DNA from: Deltaproteobacteria bacterium SG8_13
GTDB taxonomy: Bacteria > Desulfobacterota > Desulfobacteria > Desulfobacterales > SG8-13
Direction of reading: 5' to 3'
Length of the DNA: 64,000 nt
NCBI GenBank assembly: GCA_001303025.1
Contig: LJNK01000015.1
Span: forward strand, 14,374 to 78,373
The notes below the pieces were generated by a model that made no database searches, had not been told where the DNA came from, and saw only the letters and a list, made by a program, of their open reading frames with translations. Below are positions 8,366-18,961 of this stretch, piece by piece (the stretch's first letter is position 1; the number at the start of each line of letters is the position of its first letter). The translations under genes and the position numbers were made by a program.

Positions 8366-10720
8366 TCAGGAATCCGCGAAAGTTTTCGCCAGGTCACTGT
8401 CGATCGCATAGATACAGACTTCCGTCGCTCCCTGTTCGGTGTAGTTGAAATTGTCGCACAGGTTGCGGATCAGATAGGTGACGTCTTCGCGGATTTTCTT
8501 GTCGTAAGCCTTGAAGTCCTCTTCCCGGTAGTCCTTTATGGCCCTCCGAAAATTCTCGTTTTCCAGAAACGGGTCCAGTACTTTTTCCTTCAGGTTGTAG
8601 ACATAGCGCTCGTGCAACGCGCCGTAAATATTCGTCTCGGTAATCGGCTTTCCCTCCACCATGATCTCCTGCGTCAGGGTCTTTGAGGCGTACTCCTTCT
8701 GGGTGTCCTCCCGAAAAGACCGGCGCTCGGCCTCGGTTGCCTTGGGCCCGAACAGACGCTGCTCGATTCCGGTGAAAAACTCCTCGGATATTTCCAGTTT
8801 CATTCCCGTATAGGTGCAGGTCTCCACCGATCCGATTTCAAAGTTGACGGCGAACAGGTAGTTTTGAATATCGCGGGAGATCTGCTCCTCATTATAATAG
8901 TAAAGCGACTCTTTCACTTCCTGCAAGATGGTATAGTCGTACATCTGCCGCAGCGAGTCGAGAAAACCCTCCGGGATCAACTCGGCGAGCTCTTTACGTC
9001 CCTTGGTAAAAAAGTTGATCAACTGGGACATATTGATCATTTTGTTGCTCTTGGCAAACGGGGAGTAAAATTCGTTGAAAATCTTGATGGAATCCCGGCC
9101 CGAGATGCCCTGCTCGCCTTCAGTTTCCGATTCGGCGATGATCCTGCGGCGGCGCTTGGCTGTCAGGCGTTTATGGTCCTCGCCACTGAGCCATTTCGGG
9201 ATATAGCCGGTATAAATCTCCATTTTCAGCAGTTGCAGGTTTTCGTCGCAGTAAAGTTTATATTTCTCCGGTTTTTCAATCCATTCCAGCATGGCCTCGG
9301 AGTTTTTGTTCAACCGGGTGGAAATGATCACCCGGGCAAAATTGTGCAGTACACGGGGAAGAAAGCTTTCATCGATGTGCTTGCCGAAAATATTCCGGTA
9401 GATCTCCACCTCCGTGTTCAAATCCATGACATAGGGAATGTTGATGTACTCGATCCGGTCCTCGAAGGACTGGAAATCCTCGATATTTTTCTGATCCTCG
9501 GGGTTCATCACGGCCAGAAGCAGGGAGTTGACGTTTTCCTCGATATCTTCCACCTTGTGAAGGCCTTCGCTGATGATGTTGTGCAACTCGATGAGCCGCT
9601 CGGTGTTATGGGTCTTAATGTCCATCAGGGCGTAGATCCCGTTGTTGGTCCGGGCATACTGGGAAAACAGGTATTTCACCAGGTTGCTGTCGCGCAGAAA
9701 AGCGTTGATTCGGCTTTGAACGATCGGATTTCCCAGTGTGGCGTTGCGCAGCGGTTTGTCGCCCGGATTGTAGACACTGATCCCTTCTCCGAGCCTGCGG
9801 TCGAATCGATACGGCCGGGCACAGATCATTTCAAACACCTTGCTCGGGCTCTTCAGCCGGGCGAGCAGCGCCTGGTACAAGGAGTTGCAAATAGTGCAGG
9901 GGATATCGCGAAACACCCACTCGTACTCTTTTTCGGTGTACAGCTTCCATTTAAATTCGTCGTTTTTAAACAGATCGTCGAAAAAAGTCCGGCGGTAGTC
10001 CTTGGGGATCATCAGGATCGGATTGTCATGGCTGGGGCACGGAACTTCGATAATATCATCTGCCGCCCACAGGGCACTCTGGGCCTTCAGCAGTTCATAC
10101 TGGTCTTTATCGATGTTGTCCTGCAGCTGCAGCAGGTTGTCGAGAACGGCGATGTTGTGGCCTTCCGGATTTTCCTTCAGCTGTTTGCAATCCAGGCGCC
10201 AAACGGTTTCGAAGCGCAGCCCCTCATCGGTATTGGCGTATTCCTCGAATTTCTTCAGCAGATTGTTGAGAAAAGTGCTCTTGCCGCAGCCATGCGGTCC
10301 CTTGAAAATATAGATTTTATTCTGCTGTGCGCCGCGTTTCATCGCCTCTACCAGGCTGATCAAACGGTTGGCAAACAGACGGTCTGCAAAAAACGGATGA
10401 TCACTTCCTTCGACAAAAAGCTTGCTGCAGTCGTAGCATATGTAATTGATCGATTCCGGATCGTCCAGGTACTCATCGTGACCCTCGCCGACGTAGAGCT
10501 TGACCATGTCGTAAAACATCTGGAAAATGTTGCGCATGACCGTCGACGGCTTCTCCGTCAATTCCATGAGAAATGCCTCGAAGGCGATCAACTCGCGCTG
10601 ATCCTGACCGGCTTTGGTCAGGTTGAAATTCTTCATGGCGACATCGATGTTGGCCAGATCCGGAGCGGACTCCGTTGCCTTGTCGGTGGTATCATCCACT
10701 GGTTTCAGCGTGCTTGGCAT
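8366..10720 (-). CDS. PrkA/YeaG-family AAA+ serine protein kinase, paralog 2
   Basis: Walker A GPHGCGKST, PCPSHDNP, DRIEYINIPY, GISGRD; last gene of the prkA-yeaH-spoVR operon. Confidence 0.85.
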   Translation of the reverse strand: MPSTLKPVDDTTDKATESAPDLANIDVAMKNFNLTKAGQDQRELIAFEAFLMELTEKPSTVMRNIFQMFYDMVKLYVGEGHDEYLDDPESINYICYDCSKLFVEGSDHPFFADRLFANRLISLVEAMKRGAQQNKIYIFKGPHGCGKSTFLNNLLKKFEEYANTDEGLRFETVWRLDCKQLKENPEGHNIAVLDNLLQLQDNIDKDQYELLKAQSALWAADDIIEVPCPSHDNPILMIPKDYRRTFFDDLFKNDEFKWKLYTEKEYEWVFRDIPCTICNSLYQALLARLKSPSKVFEMICARPYRFDRRLGEGISVYNPGDKPLRNATLGNPIVQSRINAFLRDSNLVKYLFSQYARTNNGIYALMDIKTHNTERLIELHNIISEGLHKVEDIEENVNSLLLAVMNPEDQKNIEDFQSFEDRIEYINIPYVMDLNTEVEIYRNIFGKHIDESFLPRVLHNFARVIISTRLNKNSEAMLEWIEKPEKYKLYCDENLQLLKMEIYTGYIPKWLSGEDHKRLTAKRRRRIIAESETEGEQGISGRDSIKIFNEFYSPFAKSNKMINMSQLINFFTKGRKELAELIPEGFLDSLRQMYDYTILQEVKESLYYYNEEQISRDIQNYLFAVNFEIGSVETCTYTGMKLEISEEFFTGIEQRLFGPKATEAERRSFREDTQKEYASKTLTQEIMVEGKPITETNIYGALHERYVYNLKEKVLDPFLENENFRRAIKDYREEDFKAYDKKIREDVTYLIRNLCDNFNYTEQGATEVCIYAIDSDLAKTFADS

Positions 10721-10760
10721 ACTATTTTCTCCAGGCAGAGCGCATAGCCGCGTTTCCGCC

Positions 10761-12428
10761 TCAGCTAGCTGACGGCTTCTCCTGTGCCATCACCTGGCGG
10801 GAGAGCTCGCGGTTTTTCATTGTGTACACCACGCGCTCCCATTTGAAATCCGACGGTTTCAGCACCTCTTGCATGGTTCCGGAAGGGGTGCCGGCCGATG
10901 TGTCCGTACCGCTTGTAACCACTTCGCTTGTCTCCAGCTGAACCGGATTGCCCCAGAGGTACTCCAGGCCGATCATGGTGTTGGCGATAAAATCTTTTAC
11001 CAGCGGTTTGCCCTCAAAGTGATGGACGAGGTAAAGAACGTTGTCGGCGTCATTTTTTTCGTAAATTTCGATGTGCGGTGGGTGGTACAAGCCATCCATG
11101 ATCATCTGACGGTAGTCCTGCGCCTTGCGACTTTTGACATAATACTCCCAGACCATGCGGTCTTTGTTCAGCCGCTTGCCGACGACGAACAGCTTGTTGC
11201 GGGTGACAAAGTCCTGGTCGACAAACGTGTTGATAAAAGTAAAGTCGCACAGGCTTTGCCGAACCTGGAAAATAAACTCCTGCCCTTTCCGACTGTGGTT
11301 ATCGTAGTCTTTTCGCAGCGCACTGTCTGACAGTCGTCTGTATGCCGTGGAATAGCGACCCGTGTCTCCGAGCTCTTCGATGTAGTAAAACATGCGCATG
11401 CCCAGCGCGTAAGGGTTGAGTCCAACGCGCGGCAGTGAGGTAACACCGGCATGGGTGCGGGCGAAATCGACCTCGTGGCCCTTGATCCGGTCATCCTGCA
11501 GGAAAAGTTTTTCATGCCAGTAGCTGGCCCACCCCTCGTTCATAATCTTGGTTCGTATCTGGGGCTGCAGAAAAACCGAGGTGTTGCGCACCACCTCCAT
11601 GATCGACTTCATCCAGGTGTTTTCCTCTTTTTGCAGAAACTCCGAGTGCTCCATAAGATACTGGAAGATATCCGGACGCCCGTTTCGCTTCTCCTTCAGG
11701 CTCTTGCTGTACAGCGACTCATATTCCGGGTATTTCTTGCGCACTTCCGAAAAGAAATTCTTCTCGCCGGTTTGGCTGTCCTCCCGCATACACTCGTTGT
11801 AGCGTTCGATCTCCTTGATATACTCGCTGATATTCACTTTCTGGGTGTCCTGCAGGAAAACGTCAAAATAGTAATTGACGCGCGCCGACCCGTCGCCTGT
11901 CGGCGGCGGATCGAGATCGGACAGTTCCCGATGGTATCCGACCAGGTTGTCGATTCCCCGCGAAAATTCAATGATGTAGTCGACCCAGCGGCCCTTTTCC
12001 GAACGCAGGGCCGCTATCAGCCGCTTGTCGGAGAGCGCCCGCCCGTTAAAATCATAATCCCAGGTGTGGCGAAAGTAGAGGTTGTTCTGGAAAAAATCGA
12101 TGTGCCCCAGGACGTGGTAGAAAATCATCACGTTCATCCAGTCCGGGTTGTTGTCGTTGTAGTACGATATGGCCGGACGGGTGTTAATGACGGTTTCGTA
12201 AGGATTGCTGGGATACAGTTCGTAGCGGCCCTTTTCCTTGAGCACCTCCACGTCGTGTACCCAGTAGTCGTAAAGGGTGGGGATCATGACCTTTGGTGTT
12301 AGCTCCAGCAGGTCGCGGTTGGTAACGATATATTCGAGCGACTCGTCCTCGAAGCGCAGACCCGCCTCCAGGGCCCGCTCCTTGCACCCCTCCATGATTT
12401 CTTTGGTATGTTGGTCGATCAGCTCCAT
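10761..12428 (-). CDS. SpoVR/YcgB family protein
   Basis: YETVINTRP, HVLGHIDFFQNN, PQIRTKIMNEGWASYWH, NPYALG signatures. Confidence 0.93.
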   Translation of the reverse strand: MELIDQHTKEIMEGCKERALEAGLRFEDESLEYIVTNRDLLELTPKVMIPTLYDYWVHDVEVLKEKGRYELYPSNPYETVINTRPAISYYNDNNPDWMNVMIFYHVLGHIDFFQNNLYFRHTWDYDFNGRALSDKRLIAALRSEKGRWVDYIIEFSRGIDNLVGYHRELSDLDPPPTGDGSARVNYYFDVFLQDTQKVNISEYIKEIERYNECMREDSQTGEKNFFSEVRKKYPEYESLYSKSLKEKRNGRPDIFQYLMEHSEFLQKEENTWMKSIMEVVRNTSVFLQPQIRTKIMNEGWASYWHEKLFLQDDRIKGHEVDFARTHAGVTSLPRVGLNPYALGMRMFYYIEELGDTGRYSTAYRRLSDSALRKDYDNHSRKGQEFIFQVRQSLCDFTFINTFVDQDFVTRNKLFVVGKRLNKDRMVWEYYVKSRKAQDYRQMIMDGLYHPPHIEIYEKNDADNVLYLVHHFEGKPLVKDFIANTMIGLEYLWGNPVQLETSEVVTSGTDTSAGTPSGTMQEVLKPSDFKWERVVYTMKNRELSRQVMAQEKPSAS

Positions 12429-12489
12429 GTTTTCCGAATGCGCCTTTATTTGCAGATCCGTCCGGCAGTGATCCCCATCTCCGGCAGAA

Positions 12490-13887
12490 TTACTCGGATA
12501 TCAATTTCTTGATTCCTTCTATCAGCCGCTGCTCGCCGGCGTCTTCGCCGATTACGTCCAGCCGGATCAATTTTGGCTTCTCTTCCAGAAGTTTGGAGTT
12601 TTTGACGTATTTTTCGACCTCGCTGCTCTTGCCGGCCCGGTAGGAGTGCTCTGCGATGGTGATGCCGACCCGGTTGGCGTACTTCAGCATTTTTTTCAGC
12701 TCCGGAAGGGATTCTTTGCCGTCGGTATCCCAATCGTCGCCGTCCGTGCCGTGAAATATGTAGATGTTGTAGTCCCGGACCAGGTTTTCCTTTTCAACGA
12801 TCTCGTTCACCAGCCTATAGGCCGAGGCCACCTGGGTTCCGCCGGCCACCGACGAGTTATAATAGGTGTAGAAATCCGGCACTTCCTTGGCTTCGGTATC
12901 GTGCAGCACGAAACGGGTCTCCACCTGCATGGCATACTGGTAAAGCAGCCAGCTGTATATCAGTACATGCTGGGCGACAACCAGCTCGGTGGTCTTTCCG
13001 GCCATCGAGCCCGAGTAATCCCGCACGAAAAAGATCATGGCCTGGGATTCGTAATCCTTTTCCCTGGACAGTATCCGGAAAACCCGATCGCCAGGAGAAA
13101 CCAGAAAACCGCTCGGATCGATCCGGTCGACATCCGGAACGTTGCCGAGATGAATGTTGGTCTCGAGGATGCGCCGCAGAGTGGCTTTTTTATCCAGAAC
13201 CTGCCCGAAGCCGCGATGCCGATCCGTCAGATCATAGGTGTAGCGCGTCAACGATCGCTTCTTACCCTTCTCCTTGAGGTTCGGTAGTTTGAACTGTTCG
13301 GTCAGAATTCGGCCCAGGTCATAGGCGTTCGACTCCAGCTCGTGTGCACCGCCATCCCCCTCACCGGGTCCGCTGCCGGTCTCGCCCTCCGGCCGCACCG
13401 GCTGTTCGCCGATCACCTCACCTTCTTCACCTTCTCCGGTTCCCCCCGAGGATTGCCCTTCTCCATTTTCGTCGGTTCGGAAGGACGGATCGTGGATGAA
13501 TTTCTCTTCGACGGTGGTGGGGACAATGACAATTTTGGTTTTGCCGCCCTTGCCCGGCTTGATGAGACGGCCGACGTTGATCTTGCGTGGAAAGCCGTCA
13601 CTTTCCCTCTGATGATCGCGCTCCAACAGCTCGTCAATCGACCGCGTCGTGGCCGCGTACCCACTTTGCATGGCGCTCATCGACTGCAGGTGAATCAGGT
13701 CGTAGAATTGGTAAACCGTCTCCGCTGCACCGCGCAAAACCGTGCCGCCCGTCTCGGCATCCTGCCCGTCTTCCGGCAGAACATGCTGACGGTCATCCTC
13801 CAGCTCCTCGGCGATGATTTTCTCCTGCTCGGACGTCAGGCCGTTCGTTTTGAGAGCTTCGTATATGTCGAATCGCTTGTCCTTCAT
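12490..13887 (-). CDS. DUF444 (YeaH/YhbH) family vWA-domain protein
   Basis: Gly/Glu-rich GEGEEGEVIG segment, LPNLKEK, MIDAS-like DYSGSM, GGT, TDGDDW. Confidence 0.92.
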   Translation of the reverse strand: MKDKRFDIYEALKTNGLTSEQEKIIAEELEDDRQHVLPEDGQDAETGGTVLRGAAETVYQFYDLIHLQSMSAMQSGYAATTRSIDELLERDHQRESDGFPRKINVGRLIKPGKGGKTKIVIVPTTVEEKFIHDPSFRTDENGEGQSSGGTGEGEEGEVIGEQPVRPEGETGSGPGEGDGGAHELESNAYDLGRILTEQFKLPNLKEKGKKRSLTRYTYDLTDRHRGFGQVLDKKATLRRILETNIHLGNVPDVDRIDPSGFLVSPGDRVFRILSREKDYESQAMIFFVRDYSGSMAGKTTELVVAQHVLIYSWLLYQYAMQVETRFVLHDTEAKEVPDFYTYYNSSVAGGTQVASAYRLVNEIVEKENLVRDYNIYIFHGTDGDDWDTDGKESLPELKKMLKYANRVGITIAEHSYRAGKSSEVEKYVKNSKLLEEKPKLIRLDVIGEDAGEQRLIEGIKKLISE

Positions 13888-13893
13888 GATGCT

Positions 13894-15954
13894 TTAGTTT
13901 TCGTCTTCCTGCGTGCAGAAGTATTCGATAGTCTTCTGCGCGCACGTCCGACAATACCCGAGCTTGTTGAGCATGGTGTCGACCATGCGGTCGTAAAGCT
14001 TCTGGTTCTCTTCGTTGGTCCGGTTGGCCAGGGCACCGATCAGGCTGCCGGCACCGGCAATATCGGATTTCAGGCGCACGTCGGTCACTGCCTTGACCAG
14101 CTCCAGGTTGTCCATGAAATCGTAGTCCGGATCAACGGAGATTTTCTGCCCGTATATCTTGCGGATGGACGTGCGGAAGGTTTCCCGCTGTTCGGCCGTT
14201 TTCAACCCCAGCCGCTCCTCGATGCTGTTGATAAAACGCTCGTCTATTTTCAGCGCCTTGAGCTCCCCGGTCTGGGGATCTTTGTATTTCCACATCTTGT
14301 CGGCACCCAGGTTTTCGGCATCGATACCGATGATCATGTTAACGTAGTTCATCACATCCTTTCGGATGGCCAGTGGTTCGTCCATGTACGCATTGAACAT
14401 CTCGGTCATGATCCGCTCACGGTACAATCCCTTGGCGGTTTTCAGGTCCTCGAGGTATTTGGTGCGATCGTTGGCTTCGGTTACATAGTCCAGGATCACC
14501 CGTTCCAGGGCCTTGGAAACGTCATAGGCGAACATGCATTGACCCTCATTGGTCTCCGAGCTTTCGGTTAATAGCTGGATCGCACGGCCAAGGTTGCGCT
14601 GGCCGAGCCCTTTTTGACCGAAACGGTTGATGATCTCCGGATCCTGGTTGAGGATGTCGATGACCTCGGCCAGGGTCTTGATGCTCTTCTCACCGGCCAC
14701 TTCACCGGCGGCCAGCTTCATGGTTTCAACCGGCGTGAGTTTTTCGCTGCGCGGCAAACGCGTCAGCACGGCCGCCACCGATGCGGCATAGTTCAGGTTC
14801 GGATCCTGATGCAGATACTCCCGGTTGAGCGTGGTGCGGGTTTCATTTCCGATCGCATATTGGGTCAGCTGTTTCTGCAGCTTGTAATTGGTGTTGTGCG
14901 AAACGTAGCAGATTCTGCAGCGGTCGACGATCGGGGCCTCCTCCTTCTCCGCCAGAAACCGGTGAAACTCCGAGTTGTTGCTGGTGGCGATAATCAGCGT
15001 GTCGATCGGCCATTTGTATCCGTCGATTTCGATGTTGCGGTTCTGGATCACGCCCAGATACACCTGCACCAGGTCCTTTTTGTTTTTGTAGATCTCGTCG
15101 CTGAAGTGAATGCCGCCGCCAGCGACCCGCGCCAGGGCCCCTCTTCTCAAATCAAAACGATACGGATTGTTGGTGTCCGAAATGTGCAGCAGGCGCTGAA
15201 TCGACTCTTCTCCCAACAGGTCAACGGCCGATGAGGTGATTTTATCCTTGGCCGGATACTTGCCGGTTACGGTGCCCAGGCTCTCGGTCAAAGGTACCGG
15301 CACGATTTCGATAAATTCCAGCATCTTATCGATATCGCCGTCGGTATGCGTCCGAATGTCGTTTAAAATGTACCCGCTGCAGGCTCCCAGCGGCCGAAAG
15401 TTTTCGTACAGCTGGTCGATCTCGTTTTCGGAGAAACCGACCTGAGCGACCAGCCACTGTTTGCTTTCGTCCTGGCTTTCAAACAGGTTCATGGCCAGAA
15501 TCAACGGGTCCTCATATGTTTGGGATTCGATGGCGCGGATGCTCCCGTAGCTTCCCAGACGGTCGATATGGTTGAAGCGGAAGGTGTACTTGCGGTTCTC
15601 TTGCTGGGCGAGAAACTCTCGATACCGCGCGCACAGGTATTCCACGAAAAAGGTTTTCCCATTGCCGGGTTCCCCGACCAGCACGAACGCCATTTCTGCC
15701 GAAGAGCCTCTCTCTGAGGCATCCTTGACGTAGGAAACAAAGCTGTTGATTTCATCGTACATGCCGATGACATGCTTGCGACCATTGCGGAAGATACTGA
15801 AATCATAAGTCGTTTTTCCGTTGACGATCACCTTGTCGATCTCGCTTTCCAGAACCATCCGGGCGACGCCCTGGAAGGCGTTTTCGAATATGCGCTTGCC
15901 CTCTTTGACTTCTGCAAGGTGATGGTGAAGGGTACGAAGGTTTGCGTCTTTCAT
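13894..15954 (-). CDS. prkA: PrkA/YeaG-family AAA+ serine protein kinase, paralog 1
   Basis: Walker A GEPGNGKT, Walker B IHFSDE, IIATSN, DRC, C-terminal LGYCRTCA. Start moved to ATG 15954 (GGGAGG RBS). Confidence 0.88.
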   Translation of the reverse strand: MKDANLRTLHHHLAEVKEGKRIFENAFQGVARMVLESEIDKVIVNGKTTYDFSIFRNGRKHVIGMYDEINSFVSYVKDASERGSSAEMAFVLVGEPGNGKTFFVEYLCARYREFLAQQENRKYTFRFNHIDRLGSYGSIRAIESQTYEDPLILAMNLFESQDESKQWLVAQVGFSENEIDQLYENFRPLGACSGYILNDIRTHTDGDIDKMLEFIEIVPVPLTESLGTVTGKYPAKDKITSSAVDLLGEESIQRLLHISDTNNPYRFDLRRGALARVAGGGIHFSDEIYKNKKDLVQVYLGVIQNRNIEIDGYKWPIDTLIIATSNNSEFHRFLAEKEEAPIVDRCRICYVSHNTNYKLQKQLTQYAIGNETRTTLNREYLHQDPNLNYAASVAAVLTRLPRSEKLTPVETMKLAAGEVAGEKSIKTLAEVIDILNQDPEIINRFGQKGLGQRNLGRAIQLLTESSETNEGQCMFAYDVSKALERVILDYVTEANDRTKYLEDLKTAKGLYRERIMTEMFNAYMDEPLAIRKDVMNYVNMIIGIDAENLGADKMWKYKDPQTGELKALKIDERFINSIEERLGLKTAEQRETFRTSIRKIYGQKISVDPDYDFMDNLELVKAVTDVRLKSDIAGAGSLIGALANRTNEENQKLYDRMVDTMLNKLGYCRTCAQKTIEYFCTQEDEN

Positions 15955-16407
15955 GTTTCCTCCCGCCTCAAGGCTTTTGGTTAAAGGATTTCGCCTTTTT
16001 GCATCCGGCCCGCAACGGTGTCGCACTGACATGGGGACGATTCGGGGCTTGCGTGCAACGATATGAAATCTTTAGCGATCTGGAAAAAGTTTCTGTCCCT
16101 TACCCAAACAGAGCGTGCAGGGCGGCGGCAGGTTTCGCTGGAGTGGGGTGAATTCGTCTAAAGGCAGATTCACCCGGAACAGTAGTGTGTGCACAGAAAA
16201 AGTAATCACCGTTGGAAATCAGATCAACTGTTTTCCATGTTGATCCGGGACAGACCGAGCTAGGTGACGCAAATAATATCTTATAATTTATATACATTGT
16301 AGCACATTCGCGTTACTGATATCAAGCTGGTTCCGCTGGTATTGTATCGAAAAATCGGGATGTCGTCAGCCGCTGGACCGGCTGCCGGATGTTGGCAAGC
16401 AGGACGC

Positions 16408-18882
16408 TCAGCAGCCGGGGTCCTTACAGCTGCGGGCGAGCAGGAGGGTGTTTCCGATCACGCTCAGGCTGCTGAGCAGCATCGCACAGACTGCCACCAG
16501 TGGGTTGAGCAGACCGCTCATGGCGACCGGTATGCTGATGGCATTGTAAATAAAGGCACATCCTAAATTCTGCTGCACTTTTCGGTTGGTCTTTTTGGCC
16601 AGTCGCATAAAATCGAGGATCTGGGCAGGGTCCCCACGCATCAGGGTTATACCGGCCACTTCCTTGCCGAGCGGGCTTTCAGAGTGGACCGCAATGGCTA
16701 GATCCGCTTTGGCCAGAGCAGGCGCGTCGTTGACACCGTCGCCGACCATGGCAACGCACCGCTTGCTGCTGCGCAGCGCTTCAATGGCGCCCGCTTTTTC
16801 CCAGGGCAACTGCTCCCCGATGTAGTCCGGGATACCCACAGCGTTTGCCACGGTTCGGGTGGTAGCGCTACCGTCTCCGGACACCAGGCAAAGACGATAC
16901 CGCTCTTTTGCTAACGATGCGATGGTTTCTCGGGCCCCGGCGCGGATTTCATCGCCGAACACCAGCAACGCACAAATCCTGCCGTCGCAACTCATGTACA
17001 CTAGCGAGACCGGGCCCTCGGGCTGAAGATGCACCGGATTCGAAATTGGCGGTGATGCATCGATTTCGCGCTGCAAAAAGCCCCGGGAACCGATTTTGAC
17101 TTCACGTCCCTTGTGCCGGCCAACAACCCCACCATCGCGGATCTGCACCGAGCTGACCGGCAGTGGTGCAATCTTCTGGCGGCGAGCGCTTCGCTTGATC
17201 TCCCTGGCCACCTGGTGGTCCGAGGTCGCCTCCATCGCTGCGGCAAGGGCAAGGATCCGCTCGGCGGTAAAATCTTCCAGCGCATAGACTCGAAGCAGCT
17301 CCCACTGTCCCCTGGTGAGTGTACCGGTCTTGTCGAATACAAAAGTATCGACCCTGGCGGCCATCTCGAATGATGAAAACTCTCGCACCAGGATTCCGAA
17401 ACGGCTTGCCACCGAAATCCCTGCCACACGTGCCAGAGGAATCGCCACCCCAAGGGCACAGGGACAGGAGATCACGCATACGGTCACGGCTCGAACCATC
17501 GCGCTTTCCAGCGACAGTCCCGCCAGCCGGCCGACCACCCCTGTGCCGGCGGCAAGGCCGATTATCACCGGGACAAACCAGCGCAGGATCCGATCGGTTT
17601 TTCCTTCGAAAGGGGTTTTGCGGCTCAGGGCATCTTCCATGATCTGGATCATCTGCCCCAATACCGAATCCTGGCCGACCGCTTCGGCTTTAATGCGAAA
17701 GGATCCTTGCACGACGCGTGTTCCGCTTCGAATGCGCTCGCCGATTTTTTTCTGCAACGGTCGTGCCTCGCCGGTCAGGGCTGACTCGTCCAGCGCACCG
17801 CTTCCGTCGATAATGATCCCGTCGGCCGGCAAAACCTCTCCTTCTTCGACCCGAAAACTGTCTCCGGCCTGCAGGCCGGCTGCGGCCTGGTAGCGTCCTT
17901 CCGGAAAACCGGGGCTGCAGATCCTGACTTTGGTGGGTCGAATGGAAAACAATGCCTCCAGATCTTCGAGCACGCGATGCTTGGCGTTGCGCTCCAGCAG
18001 CTTGCCCAGAAGCACAAGGGTGATCAGCATGCAGGCGGTATCGAAGTACAGGTGAATGTTTCCCCGATAAAAGTTGTATACGCCGTAAAAAAAGGCACTG
18101 CCCGATCCAACGGCGATCAACGTTTCCATGCTGGATGCGGCGGAAAACATGCCGGTCAGGGCCCGGCGGAAAATGTTGCGGCCGCCGTAAGCCAGCACGA
18201 CACTTGTCAGCAGGAAAATCGGCCATGACAGCTTGGAAATAGCATCCGGTGTTAGCTCGCTGAAAAATCCGGAGTAAAGCGCAAAAGAGAGCATCATCAC
18301 ATTCATGGTCAAAAATGCGGACACCCCGAATCGAAACAGTTCTCTGCGGCTGTCTGCCAACCGTGCGTCATCACCCGGCAGTGTTGCCCGATAGCCGAGT
18401 TTGCCGACGGTTTTTATGATCTTTGCTGGAGATGTTTTGACGGGATTATACCGGCAGCGCAGCCGGTCGGTAGAAAAGCTGCACGTGACATCGACAACAC
18501 CGGGAATCCTTTTGACGGTCTCGTCGATCACCCAGGCGCAGGCCGGGCACCACATGCCCCCGACCTGCAGGTTGATTGCCAATTCGTTCGCAGAGGGTGC
18601 TGGTTGTTTTTCTTCCGGTTGAACGGCTGACATTGTGCCCGGAGCCGACAACTGCTGCAGATCCTCCTCGGAGCGCGGAATCAGCCCCATTTCCTGGCAG
18701 CGCTTGAACAGCTCGCTCTCCTGAAACTGCGCCGGATCGCCTGAACCGTCGGCCTGAATCAGCATCAAGAAGACTTGCCGGCAGCCCATGCAGCAAAACC
18801 GGTAAGTTTTTCCGGAAAAGTCGAGGGGGTGGCTCCCGTACCGGAGGCTGAGCCCGCACAGATCGCAGGTGTTGGTGGCCAT
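16408..18882 (-). CDS. ccoI: Heavy-metal (Cu) translocating P1B-type ATPase, CcoI/FixI type
   Basis: N-terminal CDLC...FCCMGC domain, HMA GMWCPAC, TGE, CPC, DKTGT, GDGVND, YN; last gene of the cbb3 operon. Confidence 0.9.
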   Translation of the reverse strand: MATNTCDLCGLSLRYGSHPLDFSGKTYRFCCMGCRQVFLMLIQADGSGDPAQFQESELFKRCQEMGLIPRSEEDLQQLSAPGTMSAVQPEEKQPAPSANELAINLQVGGMWCPACAWVIDETVKRIPGVVDVTCSFSTDRLRCRYNPVKTSPAKIIKTVGKLGYRATLPGDDARLADSRRELFRFGVSAFLTMNVMMLSFALYSGFFSELTPDAISKLSWPIFLLTSVVLAYGGRNIFRRALTGMFSAASSMETLIAVGSGSAFFYGVYNFYRGNIHLYFDTACMLITLVLLGKLLERNAKHRVLEDLEALFSIRPTKVRICSPGFPEGRYQAAAGLQAGDSFRVEEGEVLPADGIIIDGSGALDESALTGEARPLQKKIGERIRSGTRVVQGSFRIKAEAVGQDSVLGQMIQIMEDALSRKTPFEGKTDRILRWFVPVIIGLAAGTGVVGRLAGLSLESAMVRAVTVCVISCPCALGVAIPLARVAGISVASRFGILVREFSSFEMAARVDTFVFDKTGTLTRGQWELLRVYALEDFTAERILALAAAMEATSDHQVAREIKRSARRQKIAPLPVSSVQIRDGGVVGRHKGREVKIGSRGFLQREIDASPPISNPVHLQPEGPVSLVYMSCDGRICALLVFGDEIRAGARETIASLAKERYRLCLVSGDGSATTRTVANAVGIPDYIGEQLPWEKAGAIEALRSSKRCVAMVGDGVNDAPALAKADLAIAVHSESPLGKEVAGITLMRGDPAQILDFMRLAKKTNRKVQQNLGCAFIYNAISIPVAMSGLLNPLVAVCAMLLSSLSVIGNTLLLARSCKDPGC

Positions 18883-18961
18883 AATGGTGGATTAGCCCCA
18901 AAGACACAAAGCGTGTCGGCAAAGGCTGCTTGGCGCCTCTGGTGTCTCTGCGGTTGGCTTT

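Noticed and set aside
8864-10747. 627-aa plus-strand ORF
   Set aside because: Antisense shadow of PrkA paralog 2.
15960-16400. AT-rich region upstream of prkA searched for sigma54 and FNR sites
   Set aside because: No convincing TGGCAC-N5-TTGC or TTGAT-N4-ATCAA match found by eye.
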